Shown one piece after another: positions 26,152-40,659 of a stretch of DNA of 64,000 bases. The notes under the pieces are model-generated. The model was not told the DNA's origin. It worked only from the letters and a program-made list of their open reading frames with translations, and searched no databases. Each line of letters opens with the position of its first letter. Position 1 is the first letter of the stretch. The translations under genes were made by a program, and so were the position numbers. The stretch is from Mobula birostris (taxonomy: Eukaryota): contig NC_092387.1 of NCBI RefSeq assembly GCF_030028105.1, forward strand, positions 36,589,590 to 36,653,589, given 5' to 3'.

Positions 26152-27763
26152 TAAAGAAGAGCACCAATATTGTATGAATGAGTGACGCAATCTGCATTAC
26201 CCATCAAAATAATCAATCAGAAGTTCAAATCCAAGGAACACCACCTGCCAAGAAGTGTTGTGACTGTTAAAGTTCCAGCACAGTGTATTGAGAAGAATAT
26301 TTATATAACTGAAGGTTCACAAACCAAACAGACAGAAGTTGGAGATGTGGACCCCCAGACTCAAAATATTACAGATAGGTGCTAAGCATTTATAGGATAA
26401 ATAGGAAGCTGTACACGTTTCAGAATCTCCGTAACTTGAGTACACACTGAATAAAGGGCAGATTTGGCTGCGCATTAATGACGTCCAGTAACAAAGTGAT
26501 ACTGGAATCAGATTTTCCACCCCTCCACTATCCAAGTCATGGATTGGATCAATTGTTTAATTTAGCATTAAGTTTTAACTTAACACTCATTAATAATGTA
26601 CAACTTTGGCAGCAGAAGGAAGGTGAAAATGCTTTAATAAAACTGTCGCACAAATGCACATAAAACTGTTGAAGAGATAAATATACACGTCACTCCGACC
26701 ATTCTTTTTCATGCAGATTAATGAAATTTAATTTCAGAACTTGCTGTGGTGGGAGTAAAAATCTTGGGGGTTTTGCTCTTAGAGTTCTTTGCAGAATAAC
26801 ATAACCAATAACATTCCACTAAATGGAATGGAATTGCCAACTAAATTTGAACCAATTATTCAAGAAATTACAATAAACAGCCCACTTTATCAACTCTAAT
26901 AATTATCTGGATTCAAGGGTAAAAGTAAAGGAAACACTATTATGATAAACTGGTTGGCAATTTTTCCTCATTCTTGCTTGTGCCAAGTTTTAAAGATTAA
27001 TTAAAAGTGCTGGAAGCTCCAAGATACCTCCAGCACTGGCAATCTTAGTTACCAATTGTTTTGTTTAGCCATCCTCCCTAATCATTGGGGTAGACAGCCA
27101 GAACACCTACTCCAGCTCAGCTTATCATAGAATAGTTTAGAACAAATTAAAAAGGATCATGCACTTCAAGCGTTTCCCTAACCTTAACAGGATTCAGACC
27201 TGATCCATACACCTGAAGTGTATTCGTTGATACTGTAACACAGGAAACAAAAGTCATGTTGCAAAGTAGGTCCTTGAACCGCCATTAGATAATGACTAGA
27301 TATACCGTCATGATATTCATTGAAGGATAAATGTTGTGCACGACACTTGAAAAACCTCCCTACTCTTCTTAGACTAGAACCTTGTGATGGTTTCTATTAA
27401 GGAGCAAATTCAATTCAATATTTCTGAAAACAGATTTTGAAATCACTAGCGTCAACCCAGGCTATGGAACAAAATCCCTGGAGTGAGGCTTACACTCATA
27501 ACATTCTGACTTGGAGCCAAGTATTTTACACTACAGCAAGGGCTGACAAGCTTGCAAACATTTAGTGTCAAGGCCACTGATACTCTTTCTGTGAAATACA
27601 AATTCCCAAAAGATTGCTGAAGATTCTGAAATCCCATGTCATACAAACAAATCAAGCGCTATATTGTAAATAGACGGAATTGCGGAATGCTACTTCATAA
27701 GTGTGGGGCAACATTCTAGAATTCATTACCTCAATAAAAATTAACTATTTATTTAACAGAAAT

Positions 27764-28015
27764 AATGTATGAGATCATGAAAAGGCAACGTAACTTCATT
27801 GGACATGTGATCAGGAAAGAGGAGTTAGAATGCATGGTAATTATGGGAAAGATTGAAGGGAAGGAAGCAAGAGGAAGACAAAGACAAATGATGATGGAGA
27901 CAGCAGCCAGAGAACTGGAAATGAATACCAATGAATTGATCCACTTGACCTGAAAAAGGAGTGTGTGGGCCATGGCAGTCAAAGCTCAAACTGGGCATGG
28001 CACCTGATGATGATG
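27764..28015 (+). mobile_element. RTE-clade LINE 3' end with (TGA)n tail and 13-bp TSD
   Basis: RQRNFIGHVIRKEELE..VIMGKIEGKEARGRQR is an RTE ORF C-terminus; tail TGATGATGATG; direct repeat ATTTAACAGAAAT at 27751-27763 and 28016-28028. Confidence 0.85.
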
Positions 28016-30769
28016 ATTTAACAGAAATTAGTGACCTATTTTTTGGAAGCCTGAGTTCATCATCATTGAACATATTGGTCAAAAACAGCACCTGAGAGCG
28101 CCCTCAATACTGCACTTAATATCTGGATAGAGTTTGAATCCACAATCTACTGATTCAGTGGCAAGAACAATACCAAAGAGTCAAAGATAAAGGAAATGGA
28201 GTTTGGGGAAAAGGAATAGAAGGAGCTTCAATTTGATGGGGCCATTGTGTCAACTGCAGCTCTGTTGGCAGCAATAATGCCTTTGAAGTGCAAGGGAGAG
28301 GGTTCATGAGCCACCAACTCTAATGTAAGGCATTATATAATTAAAAATAAACTTTTTATTTTCTTTAATTGTAGATTACAAAAATTTGATTCAGTAGTCA
28401 GTATCAACCAAAATTCTGTCAAGTGAGAAAATTGTGAATGACTAGAGATATGATGTGGGAACGACAGGGTGAGCAAGACATTGATCAAGCACACAAAACT
28501 TGTGTTGTCCTTTTTATTATTATCAGCTAAGTGAAATGGAGAGCATGCCACCTGCTTTCCGATGAGTGGAACATTCCAGCTTTGCTGCCAAGATAGTTCA
28601 GAACAGAGGACGATTTTCCAAATGGTGACACACGTCATTAGATGGATCAGTTTTAATACTCAGTAAAAAATTAAAGTAAATTAGTAACAATTCAGTTCTG
28701 AAGAGCAACCACACCTTTATTTTACATTTCTAACCCTAAGTGACAATACTTTAATACATTAACACCACAGTTCAAGACCAGATCCCACTGATACCCTGTG
28801 TTTCAGTCATGACTACATTCCTCTGGCTGGCTGCATGTTTTTATATCAATCTGCTTCTCAGCCTTCTTGCGCAAGTAACTCATCAGTGCTACAAGCATGT
28901 ACTAATCAACTCCGTGCATTGTTGTAACTAGACACATTTATATCTGTAGAGCAAAAAACAAAAATGTGTTCCTAACCTCAACTCTCAAATTATTTGTACT
29001 GATTTTGGTCCATTGCTGTTTCTCTCAGTCTTGTGGACTTTCTACCTGATCTCTTTACACTTGATGTATCTAATTTCTCCAATGACCTTATTTTCCAAGT
29101 TCCTATTTTAAGATTAACATTGCTCACCACTAATTACATATCTTCTCCAATACACTCTCCCATTTTCCTTGCTTCCACAGAGCAGCTGAAATGCCACAAA
29201 GTCTCAGATCTGGGTATACTTCAGAGATGCTTATAAAGCTATTAACTGTTCACAATGGGAAGGCATCAGATCAGAACTCAATCCTGCCCTCACACATAGA
29301 AAAGTATTTCATGGGGGTGGGAGGGAGGGTGATTCAGCATCTATGGAAATGATTGAGCAGTTGACGTTTCAAGCTGAGACCCTTCTTCAGGGCTAAAGTC
29401 TGAACTTAGACTCATTTCCCTAGTAGGGAAGCAAGCTGGGGTGGTGGTAGAGAAATTTTTTAGTCTTTTTTTTGGGTCAGCTTTCCTTCCTTCTCTTTTC
29501 ATTCTTTGAATGAAGCAAGACCACAGCTGCTTATTCAAGTGGTGTATATCAACAGTAATGTCCCAAGGGAACCGCTTGATTGTGATCAAAGATGGAATTA
29601 ACATATCTCATCATTATCAATTAAAAAGTGATTGGTAAATGTATTCGCTGATGTTCGCGTGATCCCAGTGGGTATAAAACAGCAATATTTCCAAAGTTGA
29701 CATGTATCTAAAACTTACGGTTAAAAATGACACTGTTACAGATTAAGTGTATAAGTACATAGATTTAGCACCTTCTATGGCCAGAAGAGTCAGTACTCTT
29801 TACATCCAATTTAGCACTAAATTGGAAATCAGAAACACAGATTCTGCCTTGCGTTTCTGACCTGAAACATTAACCCTGAGCTTCAAGTTCCTGGGCACCT
29901 GTCCATGTAGACACCAAAGCAAAGAAAGCTCACTAATATCATTACTTTCTCAGTAAGTTAAAGAAATCTGGCAGGTCCCCATTGCGCGTCACTAACTAAG
30001 ACTGCACTGTAAAAAGCATCTAATCTGTACATATTATGGTTTAGTATGCCAACTGCTCGGCCCACGACCACAAGAAACTACACAGCTCAGCAAATCATGG
30101 AAACCACCAGCTTCCCCTGTCTGTACTCTTTACACTTCTCACTGCCTTAGTAAAACAGCCAGTATAATCAAAGACCCCATCCACCCCAGACATTCCATCT
30201 TCTCCCCCTCCCATCAGGCAGAAGATACAAAAAACTGAAAGTGCACACTACCAGACTCAAAGACTATTAAATGGTTCCCTAATGATAAATTGGACTCGTG
30301 ACCTCACAATCTACCTCATTATGACCTTGCACCTTATTGTCTACCTGCACTGCATTTTGTAGCTGTTGTATACTTTATTCTGCATTCCGTTATTGTTTTA
30401 CCTTGCACTACCACAATGAATTGTGTAATGAATTGATCTGTATGAACTATGTGCAAAACAAGCTTTTCACTGCACCTCAGTACATAGGAAAGTAAAACTA
30501 ATTCCAATTTTCCGTAAATATTGGCTGAGCAGTTAAGAGCTTCCAGTATTTTCTATGCGCATTTGATTTCCAGAACCTGCGATGTTTTGGATCGTGTATC
30601 TTGGCTGTATTTCTTATAGCAACGTTGAAACAGAAAGAGCTAGTTGGTGTCAGATTAATAATAAGGAGAGAACGGCTACATAATTTGTTTTGGTGGAGTT
30701 AGCTAAAGGGTAATTTTTTTTCAACGCCACAACGTTGAACTCCCCTAGTTTTTTAATTTTAAATGATCA

Positions 30770-31469
<700 letters not shown>

Positions 31470-31560
31470 ATGGCCATAAGCAGCGCTTGGATCCGGACCC
31501 TTACTGGGGGCATAAGAAGGAGCCTGAAACCGGTTGGGAGCTGGACTTCTGCTCGGGCTG
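31470..31560 (+). CDS. NDUFB8: NDUFB8 exon 1, mitochondrial presequence (MAISSAWIRTLTGGIRRSLKPVGSWTSARA)
   Basis: gagATGG start; Arg/Ser-rich peptide without acidic residues; donor G|gtgaga, phase 1 matches exon 2. Confidence 0.9.
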
Positions 31561-33158
31561 GTGAGAGTTGCGCCTTATCTTTTGTAAAGACAATGGTGGT
31601 TTAGTGACACTAACCTTGGGGATGGTGAGGATAAGGCCCAGGGTTCAGTCCCAGACTGTTCGAATGGAAGGTCATCTACCAAAACATTGGTGTGCCTGCC
31701 TGTGACAGACCTGAGTGTAACCTGCCTGTTGCTTTCGCTTTTGATGCTATAAGTAAGGGCAAATAGCCGGAAACACTTTGAAAACCAAGCCAAAGAAAGG
31801 TTTGTAGGTTATCTAACTGCAGCAACAACGCAATTCCTCCCCATCTATTCTGGGGGAGTGTTTGGTCCTTTCAAAGAAGAAACAAAAGGCGTTCCGTTGG
31901 ACCGGGAAATGGGAATAAACGGGTTGGTGCCCTCAAAGTGGAGGAGGACGCTTGAGGTGTCGCAGTTGTAGCTCGGAAGAGACTGAACAAGAAGAGAGAA
32001 AAAAATGAAGTCTGCATAGGAAGGAATGTATTCTTGGAAGAATATGCTGATATAATCTGGACAGTCTTAATTGTGGATCTTGGGGAAGAGGTGGATGGTG
32101 AGGGGAGTAGGCTGTACATAGTTGTGGGAACAGAGGGCTAGAGTGTGTGGAGGGAAGACTGCCAGAGGAAATATAGGTCAATAACTGGAAGATAATTGTG
32201 TGGTGGCGTTATGGCTCAGATGAGGGTATGATGAAACGCCTGAGAACTTGCATTCAACCCCTTGAAGTTCATTCATATTTGGGAATCATTTCCTTTGAAA
32301 CGCACAGACCTTTCCACTTTTCATGGCACTTTACCGAGCAACCACAGGAGGTGCAATACCTGACCTTTTAACTCTTCCCACCTTCCAGGTGAAGTAGCTT
32401 TTTAATTTTTACTTCCAGTTTGGGACAATGCATTTGCTGGTTGTAATAAAAGCAGTCTTAATACCAAATGCAGATTCTCAAACTCCACCTGCATGCAGAC
32501 CACAGTGACCTTGTGCTTCCATTTGCCTGCCACTTCAAATTTCCCGTTTTTCCATTGAAGCCCGGCATAAATTTAAGGAAGTTGGTGCAACTCTGCCCTG
32601 AGAACATATTGGTAAAATTTAAGTAGCAGGCCTGTCCAGTGTGTAAGGACTTGACAGTTTTGATGAGAGATCGATAGCTTATGATATTAGTGCTACTTTT
32701 CTCTCTACATTGATGTTGTAAAGCCTGTGGATTGTCTTCGGCATCCCCTGTTCAGCTAGTATTTTGCATTCCACAGTTCCATTCTTATTTCTTTTCCTTC
32801 CTCTGTCCCATGCATTTCATCCATTGCATTTTCTGTATGTGTGTTTCTAAGTCTTTGCATTTGAGAGAAACGACAGAGGAAAGGATCAGAAAAAGAAACA
32901 TTTGTACTTTTAAAAAAAAAAAAATTATAGATAGAACCATGTTCATTAAGATCTTGGAGTTTGTGGAAAAAGTACCGGGGGGAGTGGGGGGGGGAAGAAA
33001 TGTGTTGTGCTGACAAAATCAGTGTCTGTCTGATCAGAACCAGGTAGTCTAAAGTCTTCTGCTCTGCTCCTCATCTTCTTCCAAACTGATAGAGGGGAAA
33101 TCATTAAAAAAAAATCAGGGTGAAGCGTAAATGTTTTATGTTTTGGTTTGTTTCACAG

Positions 33159-33285
33159 CTTCTGGAGTTTCGGAGGACATGATGCCAGGTCCATATCCCA
33201 GAACACAAGAGGAAAGAGCATTAGCGGCAAAGAAATACAACATGAGAGTGGAAGATTATGAGCCGTATCCTGATGATGGAATGGG
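33159..33285 (+). CDS. NDUFB8: NDUFB8 exon 2 ([43 protein letters not shown])
   Basis: Hand-translated; acceptor tcacag|CT, donor GG|gtgagc; 127 nt. Confidence 0.97.
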
Positions 33286-34402
33286 GTGAGCTTCTCTCTC
33301 TCTAAAATAGATTTAATATCATACACCAGAAAGTAGGGCTGTTATAAATTGTCTCAGGAGGAGGGTATCTATTTTGTCTTGTGCCTTTTCCACAATCTCA
33401 CTGGTTATCCTCTCAGCCTTCGACCACCAGACAACAGTAACACCTTCATCAGGCTGCTGCTTATTGGTTGCAGCTCAGCATTCAACACCATCATCTTTGG
33501 CATATTGCTAAAGAATCTAGCAATTTTCTACGGATGTACCTTTGGTTCCTTAAGATTGTCATAGCCAGAGGTGGGGTGTAGGGGTGGTAATGGGGATAGG
33601 ATATGCTCCCACTACCTTTGAAATGCTCCCAATGGCGTGTGCCTCAAGTAGCCTCTGACAACCAAGTCCAGCCCCTGGCTTTCATGTGTGGCTTAGCAAT
33701 CAAGCCCAGTGGAACTATTTCTACTGACAGGAGAAGGAGCAAAGGTAGGTTACTAGCGCCTTAAAATGAGTCGCTTCAGGCAGATGGACTCATCAGCCGT
33801 GGTTTGCAACTCATCTAGGAGAAGAAAAACGCTAATTTCAAACCTCTGCTGCTTTGCAGCTGTACCTACTCATGGGGAAGGCTCTAGGAGTAAACTGCCG
33901 GGCGGGGGGGGGGGGGGGGGGGGAGAGATATTCAGAACTGCAGTCCCTAAGGCAGTCCTATGTTGAGTTCAATCTGTGTTGAGTTCAATGCTGACTGGCA
34001 ACTGCTGCGACGCTGCTGGTGCCAAACTGTATCGGTCTCTCCCGTTCATCTGCGTGGAGAGGGAGAGCCTGCTACATGGGCAACAGCTTGCTCTCCATAT
34101 CGTACTGCTATCCAGACAGTAAGAACGCAACATCCATGGTCGTTCCTGACCAATGGAGGCCTCATACCATGGAGAGCATTCTGACTGGTTGCATCAGTGC
34201 CTGCTATGGAGGATCGAAAGAGTCTGCAAAGGGTTATAGACTCAGCCTGCTCCATCATGGCCCCATCACCATTGAGAACAAAGATTTCCAGACATTCACT
34301 ATCCTCTGGGAAGGCAATCTTTTTTTCTCAGCTGTCCTGAATAGCTGACATCCTAGTGTGCGATTGCACCCTGCAGTTAGACAACCCAGCCATGGGAAAT
34401 AT

Positions 34403-34530
34403 CAAACAAGAGAAAATCTGCAGATGCTGGAAATTCCAAGCAACACACACAAAATGCTGGAGGAACTGGACAGGCCAGGCAGCATCTATGGGGAAAAAAA
34501 AGTACAGTCGACATTTCAGGCCAAGATCAT
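34403..34530 (-). mobile_element. PLE terminal repeat fragment
   Basis: AAACAAGAGAAAATCTGCAGATGCTGG...AAAATGCTGGAGGAACT...CAGTCGACATTTCAGGCC. Confidence 0.75.
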
Positions 34531-35109
34531 TTGGCCAGAATATTATCCCTATATGTGCTTTGCCAAGCACCTTAATTTTTTTTTTATTTACAATGAGGTC
34601 ACACCTCATTCTTCTAAACTCAAGAAAGCACTGTGCTTAATCTATCCTCTGGATAAACACATGATCTCAAGAATCAATCTCCGACCAGAAATAGGTCCTT
34701 CAGCCTTCCATATCTATGCTGACCGTCAAGTGCTTAACTATAATAATCCCATTTAACAGCTATTGATCCATAGCCCCTGTGTCTTGGTGATTCAACACAG
34801 TTTATTGAGATAGCTTTCAGGATTCCAGTTAATTAGACCATCAGTTAATTGATCAGCCATTTAATTAGTACAACTCTGAAAGAACAAAAACTAATTGAGC
34901 ATGTAGCTGGTATTTCCTTCATTATTTGGGACACTGTGCTGCTTAATTGGGACAGGGGACTGTTGCCGAACAGTTTCTAACTAATTTTAGTCGTATGTAC
35001 TTGTTTGGCTGTTAGACACTACACTCTGCTTTTAGCCTCACTTCACATCTACAGAAGTCTGTTTTTGTGTTTCTTGATAAATTGTTTGTATCTTCTTTTC
35101 TCAAGTTTT

Positions 35110-35565
35110 AGTTTTCCTTCCTAATTCCAAAGCTTTTCCGGTTCTCTTGCTCATCACATGTATCCTAAACTTCCTGATTTCCACTGTGCCCTACATTACC
35201 AGTGCTGCTTGTGGTCTACAAATAGATGCCCCTTGTGGGATTTTAGTTTTATACTCCTTTCACCCTTTGTCACCTCCACCTATCATGTTCCAGCTTCATG
35301 CATTATTCCGACTCCCCCCTCCACGTACCTGCCTGAGCTCCCCCTCACCTGAATTCGCCTATTACCCTCCAGTTTCTCACTCCATTGGCTCCCTCCACCC
35401 TTTTATACTGGCTACCTCCCCTCTTTCTTCCCAGTCCTGAGAAAGGGTCTTGACCTGAAAAGTGACTGAACATTTCACTCTACAGATGCTGCCTGATGCG
35501 CTGAGTTTCTCCATCATTTTGTGTGTTGCTTCAGATTTACAGCATCTGCAGTCTCTCTCATGTCT
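35110..35565 (+). mobile_element. PLE 3' UTR and terminal repeat, diverged
   Basis: Pyrimidine-rich UTR, then CAGTC-CTGAGAA-AGGGTCTTGACCT-GAAAAGT-GACTG and the family tail. Confidence 0.65.
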
Positions 35566-36167
35566 AAATAAATCAACACAATTGTTTGAGTTTCTTGGCA
35601 CATGTGTAGATAGTCTGAGTTTTGCATTATGGAAAATTGTAACATGGCTATTTTATAGGAACGTAATCCTTAATATATTGTATAGGGGTGGGTGTTGGGA
35701 CTGGCTAAAAATGTACAGAACACTAGATTTGACACAGCTAGATTACTGTGTATAGTTCCTTCACACTATAGGAAGGTTGTAAACTCTCTAGGGAAGATTC
35801 ATAGGGAATTTATAAAAATGCTGCCAGGGCCAGAGATATTGATTAAAGATTAGATAAAACATAAGAAATAGAAGTAAGAGTAGGCCATTCAGTCCATGGC
35901 CCTCTGACACCAAAAATAATCGTGGTTAATCTTTGGCTTGCATCACCTTTCCAATTACTTCTGATATTGGTGAAATAAAAGTATATCTCCAATATGTGCA
36001 GAACTGAGCCTCTGCAGTTGACTTGAATAGGAAATTCCAAAGTTTCGTTATCACTGAGGTGAAGAAATTTCTTCTTGTCTCAGTTTGTGCCTCTTGTTCC
36101 TCCACTTCTCAGTCAGAGGACACGCCATTCTTACATCTGCTCTCCTAAGACTTGTGAGAAAAAATAT

Positions 36168-36355
36168 ACAGTGCCTTGAAGTATTCAGCCCCCACAGCTA
36201 TTTTCACATTTTACTCTCATTTTCTAAATTTAAAATATATTGAAATAGGATTTTTGATCTAATCTACAAAACAGTGTTCATCATGTCAAATCAAAGGGAA
36301 AAGTTCCAAAACCTCTCAACAACTAACTAAAAATTAAAAACCAAAATTGTGAGGC
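36168..36355 (+). mobile_element. Tc1-like left-end fragment
   Basis: TA-CAGTGCCTTG..AAGTATTCAGCCCC..TTTTCACATTT resembles a Tc1 terminus; no partner end seen. Confidence 0.5.
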
Positions 36356-36881
36356 TTTTCTGCAACAATGCTCCATGTAGATGTGCTCAGTGGTGGGGAA
36401 GGTGTTACCTGTGATTGTCTGTTATTAATGCTGCAACATCAGTTAATTCTTTAGATATAAAATTATGCAAAATTTGCTGTTCTTTTGGCTTGCATAGAAT
36501 GACTGTAGTGGCGTTGGGATACAGTATTTACGAATTTAATAACATTACATCAGATAAATCTCATAATATTAGAATTTTAATATGATTTCCTGTTTGCCTA
36601 TAGCAGATGTGAAGTTGGGAATATTGTTGTGCAAGGCTGAATACAAAGTTGGCAGACAAACTTAAAGAAGGTTAAAATGACAATTTAAAGAAGTAATGTC
36701 ATTTACATTAGCAGTTATAATGCGGGCTGGACAATGTTTTCTTAAAATAAACTAGTGTTCATTTCTTTTCTGTATTGTAACTTGCAATGCATGAACATTT
36801 TAACAAAAGCATGTACTAACTATTGAAGCTTCCGACAGAAATCCTCATTGTAAGGTTGAAAGTTTATTTTCCCCTTAATAG

Positions 36882-36981
36882 ATATGGTGACTACCCAAAA
36901 CTACCAGACAGGTCACAGCAAGAGCGAGATCCGTGGTATACCTGGGATGAACCTGACCTGCGAAGAAATTGGGGTGAACCG
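36882..36981 (+). CDS. NDUFB8: NDUFB8 exon 3 ([33 protein letters not shown])
   Basis: Hand-translated; acceptor aatag|A, donor CCG|gtgagc; 100 nt. Confidence 0.97.
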
Positions 36982-37675
36982 GTGAGCAGAAGAAATGGCT
37001 GATTGCCATTCAGTTCTTGAATAAAATATTGTATTTCTGGAAACCCTTTCTCCAACTTCAACCTGCTTTCCTACAAAAAATGTGATTTTCCTTTTCCTTT
37101 CTGCCCAATTCATGGTTAACCTTGACTGGTTGGCAGTTTGCAACTCTTAATTTAACACCAGTTAGGAGTATGAAAACATGCTTGTTATTTTTGCATCTAA
37201 TACCTGACATTGAAATTCAATGTGGGATTTTTTTTTTCCTGGTCATGTGGCTCATCTTCAAAGTACGTGCGATCATATATTGAGTCAGTGGAGACCAAAA
37301 ACTTCTGATCTTGATTTAAATATTCTGAACATGTTTAGAGAAAAGGAAAACAATTTACATTTATATATATTTCCTTGGAGGTATCCAGATGTACATGCAA
37401 GAGGTCTGAACAACTAAGTTTTTGGCTGGGGAATGAATGTTGCTCAGTACACTAATTGCTCTTGATAATTAAGTTGAAAGATATAAAGCCTGCCCAGTTT
37501 AGATAGAACCTTTAATTGAGTTCATACAATTTAAACTGAATTGCACATATGACTTCAACTGTATTATCTATCCAACTGGAACATGTTCATATTAAATATT
37601 TTGAGGCTGATGTATGATTTTTTTGGGTGTCCTGTTTTAAACCTCTTGACATTTATTCCTTATTGCTTTTTCCAG

Positions 37676-37831
37676 ATGCACTGGGATTTTGACATGTTCA
37701 TTCGGAATCGGGTAGATACCTCTCCAAGTCCTGTGGACTGGACTACTATGGTTAAACATTTTAGTGGCTTTCTAGGATTTATGTTGTTCATGTTCTTTGT
37801 TGGCGCATTATTTCCTTCATACCAGCCAGTG
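37676..37831 (+). CDS. NDUFB8: NDUFB8 exon 4 with transmembrane segment (MHWDFDMFIRNRVDTSP...FPSYQPV)
   Basis: Within ORF 37583-37882; acceptor ttccag|ATG, donor GTG|gtaagt; 156 nt. Confidence 0.97.
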
Positions 37832-39096
37832 GTAAGTTCTTGCTGCAAGTTGTGCTTTGTTAATCTCTCATTCATAATCTAATTTTATCATTTTAAGACA
37901 CTGCTCCTATGTACTCAAGCATAGAAGCATAGTGGCAGGATATAAAGAACCTAAATGGAGTAAACAGAAAGGCCCCTAATTCTCTTGGGCAGAGCAATGG
38001 GTCAGAAACCAATAATAGATTTCAAGTAATCAATAGAAGGATTGGACATGAAGAATTAGAATTAGGTTTATCATCGCTGTCTTGTATGACATGAAATATA
38101 TTAATTTTATAGTTCGAAGTAATTTTTACATGATTATAAATTACAAAATAGTGGAGAAAAAAAGAGAAAGGAATAGCAAGGCAGTGTTAGTGGGCCAGTC
38201 AGAAATCTGATGATGGAGGGTAATAAGCAGTTACTGAATGGTTGAGTGTGGATCTTTAGGCTCCTATACCATCTCTGATGGTAGTTACGAGAAGATGACA
38301 TTTCCCGGATGGTGGTGGTTTTCAGTGACGGATGCTGCCTTAAGACATTGACTCTTAAAGGTGTCAAAGTTCAAAGTAAATTTATTATCGAAGTACATGT
38401 ACGTCATCATATACAACCTTGAGATTAATTTCCTTGCAGGCATACTCAATAAGTTCATAGATTTATAACAATAACAACCATAACAGAATCAATGAAAGAC
38501 CACAGCAACTAGGGTGTTCAATGTGTGGAAAAGATGATGACGATGGTACTGAGGGTTGTGCCCATGAGAGTCAACAACACCCTGCAGCCTCTTGCTATCC
38601 TGTGCAGGAATTTGAAGCTACTTGAACCAGAAGTGGAGGAGGGAAATTAGCATCTTTTTTCCCCAAATGGCTGGAGTCTGGAATTCACTGCCTGAAAGAC
38701 GCTAAAAGAAGGAAGCTTTATCGGGTTTAAAGAATATTTGGATATGTATTCAAAAAGCTCTTACCTGTAGGACCATAAACCTAGATTTTTCAGACTGGTA
38801 CTAACTTAATGAGCTAAATGGTACCGTCTGTGCTGTAAATTTTCTTCTCTTTTATCTTTATTGTCCTTCCTTCTTTCAGGAAAATTGAAGGTTTGTCCTG
38901 TGGTGGACGGGGGGGGGGGGGGAATTAATATTCAAAAGTTATATTAAGTTAAAGTGAATTCTCATAGGAAAGAAAGGAAAAAAATAGCAGTCTTTACCCT
39001 CAAATGGTCAAATCAATATAGGAACCAATGTTTGATTTTAATCCTTGGGCATTGTTGAAGGTATACACTAACAAACTATGCAGACAAAAAAAGAGA

Positions 39097-39525
39097 AACA
39101 CACATAAAATGCTAGAGGAACTCAACAGGCCAGGCAGCATTTATGGAAAAAAGTAGACAGTTGAACTTCTGGGCTGAGACCCTGGAGAAAAAAGCTAAGT
39201 CAGAGTAAGAAGATGGAGAGAGGAGGAAGAAATACAAGGTCGTAGGTGATAGGTGAAACGGGGGGGGGAAGATAAAAGGGCTAGAGATGGGGGAATCTGT
39301 TAAGAGGGGACAGAAGGCCATGGAAGAAAGAGAAGGGGAAGGAGCACCAGAAGGAGGTGATGGATGGGCAAGGAGATAAGGTGAGAGATAGTGGGAATGG
39401 TGAGGAGGCTGGGGTCCATTACCGGAAGTTTGAGATATTGATCATGCCATCAGGTTGGAGGTTACCCAGTTGGAATATAAGGTGTTGCTCCTTCAACCTG
39501 AGTAGGGTAGAGGAGGTCATGGACT
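39097..39525 (-). mobile_element. PLE 3' end with 14-bp TSD
   Basis: GIY-YIG tail (..HLIF.LGNLQPDGM..) on the minus strand plus terminal repeat; TSD GACAAAAAAAGAGA at 39083-39096 and 39526-39539. Confidence 0.8.
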
Positions 39526-40659
39526 GACAAAAAAAGAGATCTGTTCAGTTTAGCTTTATTAGAATAAAGAAGGGCGTCCAGGGGATAAGTAGAGGTGAAA
39601 GTGAGAGGGGGGTGGAAGTTTGAAATCAGTGATTAGAAACTGGGTTAAGCATGTAGAAATTATGGACCTGTACTTCAAATTGATAACACAATTGGGCTCC
39701 CTAACGCAGACATGACTACTTTGTGAGCTGAGAATGTGTATGTCATTTGAAGACAATAGTACATAATTTAACCAGAAAGGTGATTTTTGAGGTTCTAAAG
39801 AGGGGGATTTAAAAAAATAATATTGTATTTTTCTATGCTTGGTTGGGAAGGGACATTGGCTTTTGGAGCGATTTGAATTGTGGTTCATATGTCACTGAGG
39901 AAGCACTCTCCTTAGAATGCTGAAAGGGCAATTTGTACTTCATCAGCTGAAGGTCTTAGAGATTATTTTCTATATGGAGACTGGTTAGGTTGATGGTAAA
40001 GTTTGTGGAGATGCTATCTTGTTGTTTTGCTTAAGGGGTGGAGCAAGGGGGATGTGGGAAGTTGATTGAGTATGGTCAAAGACCCTTTCAACATTGGTCC
40101 AGGGGATTCTTCATTTAAGGAGAAAGGATGGCAATGGTTGGGAAGGTGCTGTTGTAAAAGGTGTGACGAGGATGGAGAATTTAGATGAATGGAACAGAGC
40201 TGTGACCAATGGACATGAGGTGGTAGAAGTCAAGTGTGAGCAGGTGCGTTAGAGTGAATTGGCTTACATGAGATAATGGTTGACGAGCTGATGCATTGTA
40301 ATGGCAATGCAGGTTTTGGGGAAAAGTGAGAAAGAATCAGTAGGTCCAGTAGTGAAAGAATCAGTAGTGAAGTTAACAAATTTCACATCATATGCCAGTG
40401 ATAATAAACCTGATTCTGATGATAAGCTTCTTTCTGATCTCTGGCAAGGAAGCGGACCCCATTTATTCTGTATTGCTGCAAATGTTTCATTATATGCATC
40501 TCTCTTTTAACAAACGTAGGCCTTTTGTGAATCTGCTGCACTCTGATTGCTCAATGAACTAGTCAGGTTTAATTATTAGCAATGCAAGAATCCTTTTAAG
40601 TGTAATAATTGTGTAATAAGTGTAATAACAATCTGATTCAGAAGATAAACCATCAAAGA

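Noticed and set aside
29358-29395. Second core-intact hammerhead sense to HIF1AN (CUGAAGA...GAAACGUC)
   Set aside because: The two stem I pairs next to the core are C-A mismatches and stem II is weakened, so it is probably inactive.
33903-33924. Poly-G run as a G-quadruplex or poly-Gly coding segment
   Set aside because: Homopolymer inside an apparent interspersed repeat; its length may be unreliable and there is no sign of function.
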